Below, piece after piece: positions 62,209 through 64,000 of a stretch of 64,000 nucleotides of DNA. Positions within the stretch are counted from its first letter, which is position 1. The number at the start of each line of letters is the position of its first letter. The notes under the pieces are model-generated. The model saw only the letters and a program-made list of their open reading frames with translations, was not told the origin of the DNA and searched no databases. The position numbers and the translations under genes were made by a program. This stretch comes from Negaprion brevirostris (Eukaryota): positions 91,994,641 to 92,058,640 of the forward strand of contig JARDVH010000025.1 of assembly GCA_030324005.1 (NCBI GenBank). The letters are read 5' to 3'.

Positions 62209-62298
62209 ATTCACCTGAAATACTATAGGGACCAATATCATCTTTTACTGGGGATGGATGTGGTTGTAAACTCATGCCAGTTACAAGTGTGGTATAAA
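62209..62298 (-). CDS. Candidate exon of the minus-strand gene (YTTLVTGMSLQPHPSPVKDDIGPYSISGE)
   Basis: Acceptor gtttcttcag. Donor t|gtaagt (or g|gtgaat at 62215). Both give phase 1-1, fitting the 57204 acceptor. Confidence 0.55.
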
Positions 62299-63689
62299 CT
62301 GAAGAAACTTCCACATACATGAACAATAAAGCCACACTATGGAGAGCCTTAAGAGGTTTGAGCAGGCACATTATGCAGACAATTAAAAATAAATTGAGAA
62401 CATTTATATTTTGACAGGAACTGTAGACAGGTAAATGTTCTCCATGCTTTTGGCACACTCACCATATAACAATGATGTTAGTGCCGAAAGCAATGAGGAA
62501 ACTCAGGGTACACAAAACTGTCTGAGATGAAATTGAATACATATTTAACAAGGATGAAGTTGATTGCTGTCAGAGAAGCCCATTCTAACTTCCAAGTTTA
62601 GTCACCAGGTGAAGTGAACAAAAAGACCAGAAGGATAACCAGGGTACACAGATGCATTTAAGATCATACATTCTGGTTTTAGTTTTTTTTTAATATTTGA
62701 TTTGAGAACATTATTAATTATATTAAAAATGATAACTCTGCAGATAATTCCTGTCTACATTTTCATTATTAATTCCTATGGTCACTGGCATGTAAATAAA
62801 GCATGACAAGCTTACATAGGTAGTTTCCATTATATATGTGAACAAAATAATTCATCATCACGAAAGTTTAATACATTAAGCATCAGTCTCCAGTGATGTT
62901 ACACAGGAGGGAGAAGTCCAGCAGATTTCGGTGAAGAAAATGCTTCATCGAACCAGGATAATGGAACCAGGTATGTTGATGTAATTAAGTTCTTATAATA
63001 AAGACATACATTGTGTCTATTTTTTATTTTGTTACAAACCAGGATGTGAGAGAGCTGAAACTCCTATTCTCAAACACACACACATGCCATAAAAGAAAAT
63101 AAAAAAAAAATGCACTTTTATAAGTCATAAGCAAAATGATAATTTGTAAAGAAGGATATCATTGCAGAGCACGATCCTGGACAGCATCTTAGTCACTTTT
63201 CAAATCATAGAATCCATATAATGAAGATAGAGGCCATTCAGCCCATGAAACCTGCACCAAGGCCCTATCTCTTTAATCTACTTTTAGAAGAGATAACAGC
63301 TGCACAAAATTCTACACCGGGCACAGTCCATGTTCAAGGTTATTAATAACATGCCTTTACTGGCATGACACTATCTTTCCATTATGTATTTGCCATCACA
63401 ATTGAAGCTGCTTTCAAATGTGGCAGCTTTCAAAAGCAGCACCTCATGCTGAGCCAGTCCATTGCTAAGAGGGATGGCAGTGTTGGTGCTTTAAGCTAAA
63501 CCCTGGCAGGACCCCTGCACCTTAAAACGGTCAGCTGTTGGCCTGGCAGACAGTTAACAAAGCTATGTTGTTGTTTGGGAATTTGTTCGTTCAAACAAAT
63601 ATGCCAGATCTGCATTTAAAAATGAGTAAATCAAAACAAAACAAATACTTCGAGCTGAATAAAACGGGGAAGGCAGACTTGTGCTCCAG

Positions 63690-63990
63690 AACTAGCCACA
63701 TTCCTAATCACGCTGTTCCAGTACTGCGACAACACCGGCATCAACCCAGCAATATGGAAAATTGGCCAGGCATATCTGTACACAAAAGCAAGACAAATCC
63801 AATCTTGCCAATTTCCACCCCATCAGTCTACTCTCAATTGCCAAAATGATGGTAGATGTTGCCAACAGTGCTATCAAGCAGCACTTACTCAGCAATAACC
63901 TGCTCACTGACATTCAGTTTGGGCTCCACCAAGGCCACTCAGCTCTCATCCTCATTACACCTTGGTTCAAACATGGACAAAAGAGACAAG
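63690..63990 (+). mobile_element. CR1-clade LINE RT N-terminal fragment
   Basis: VHKSKTNP..accccatcagtctactctca..cagtttgggctccaccaaggccactcagct. Inverse copy of 37420-37700. Confidence 0.8.
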
Positions 63991-64000
63991 CATTAAAAGA

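Overview
Eukaryotic, repeat-rich genomic DNA with assembly gaps (N runs). The repeat content (HE1/V-SINEs, Deu-type SINEs, CR1 and L2 LINEs, Penelope pseudo-LTRs, Harbinger relics) points to a cartilaginous fish, most likely a shark; this is my inference from recognised families. A multi-exon protein-coding gene on the minus strand crosses most of the window. Four exons (42073-41890, 34120-34017, 28439-27969, 27858-27814) join in phase with canonical GT-AG sites. Further candidate exons lie at about 62.2, 57.1, 50.1, 15.8, 15.5 and 14.7 kb. The product is an acidic, low-complexity protein I cannot name. The most interesting non-genic signal is a ~925-bp palindromic, internally deleted Penelope-like element (8908-9832). 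It has an 11-bp target-site duplication and three copies of a minimal hammerhead-ribozyme motif. A second hammerhead-bearing short repeat family is dispersed in the window. There are also at least five Harbinger Myb/SANT gene relics (one nearly intact, with introns and a CCAAT/TATA promoter) and many Harbinger-type MITEs. Repeat family names come from memory and repeat boundaries are approximate. Almost all ORFs in the supplied track are non-coding noise or repeat fragments.
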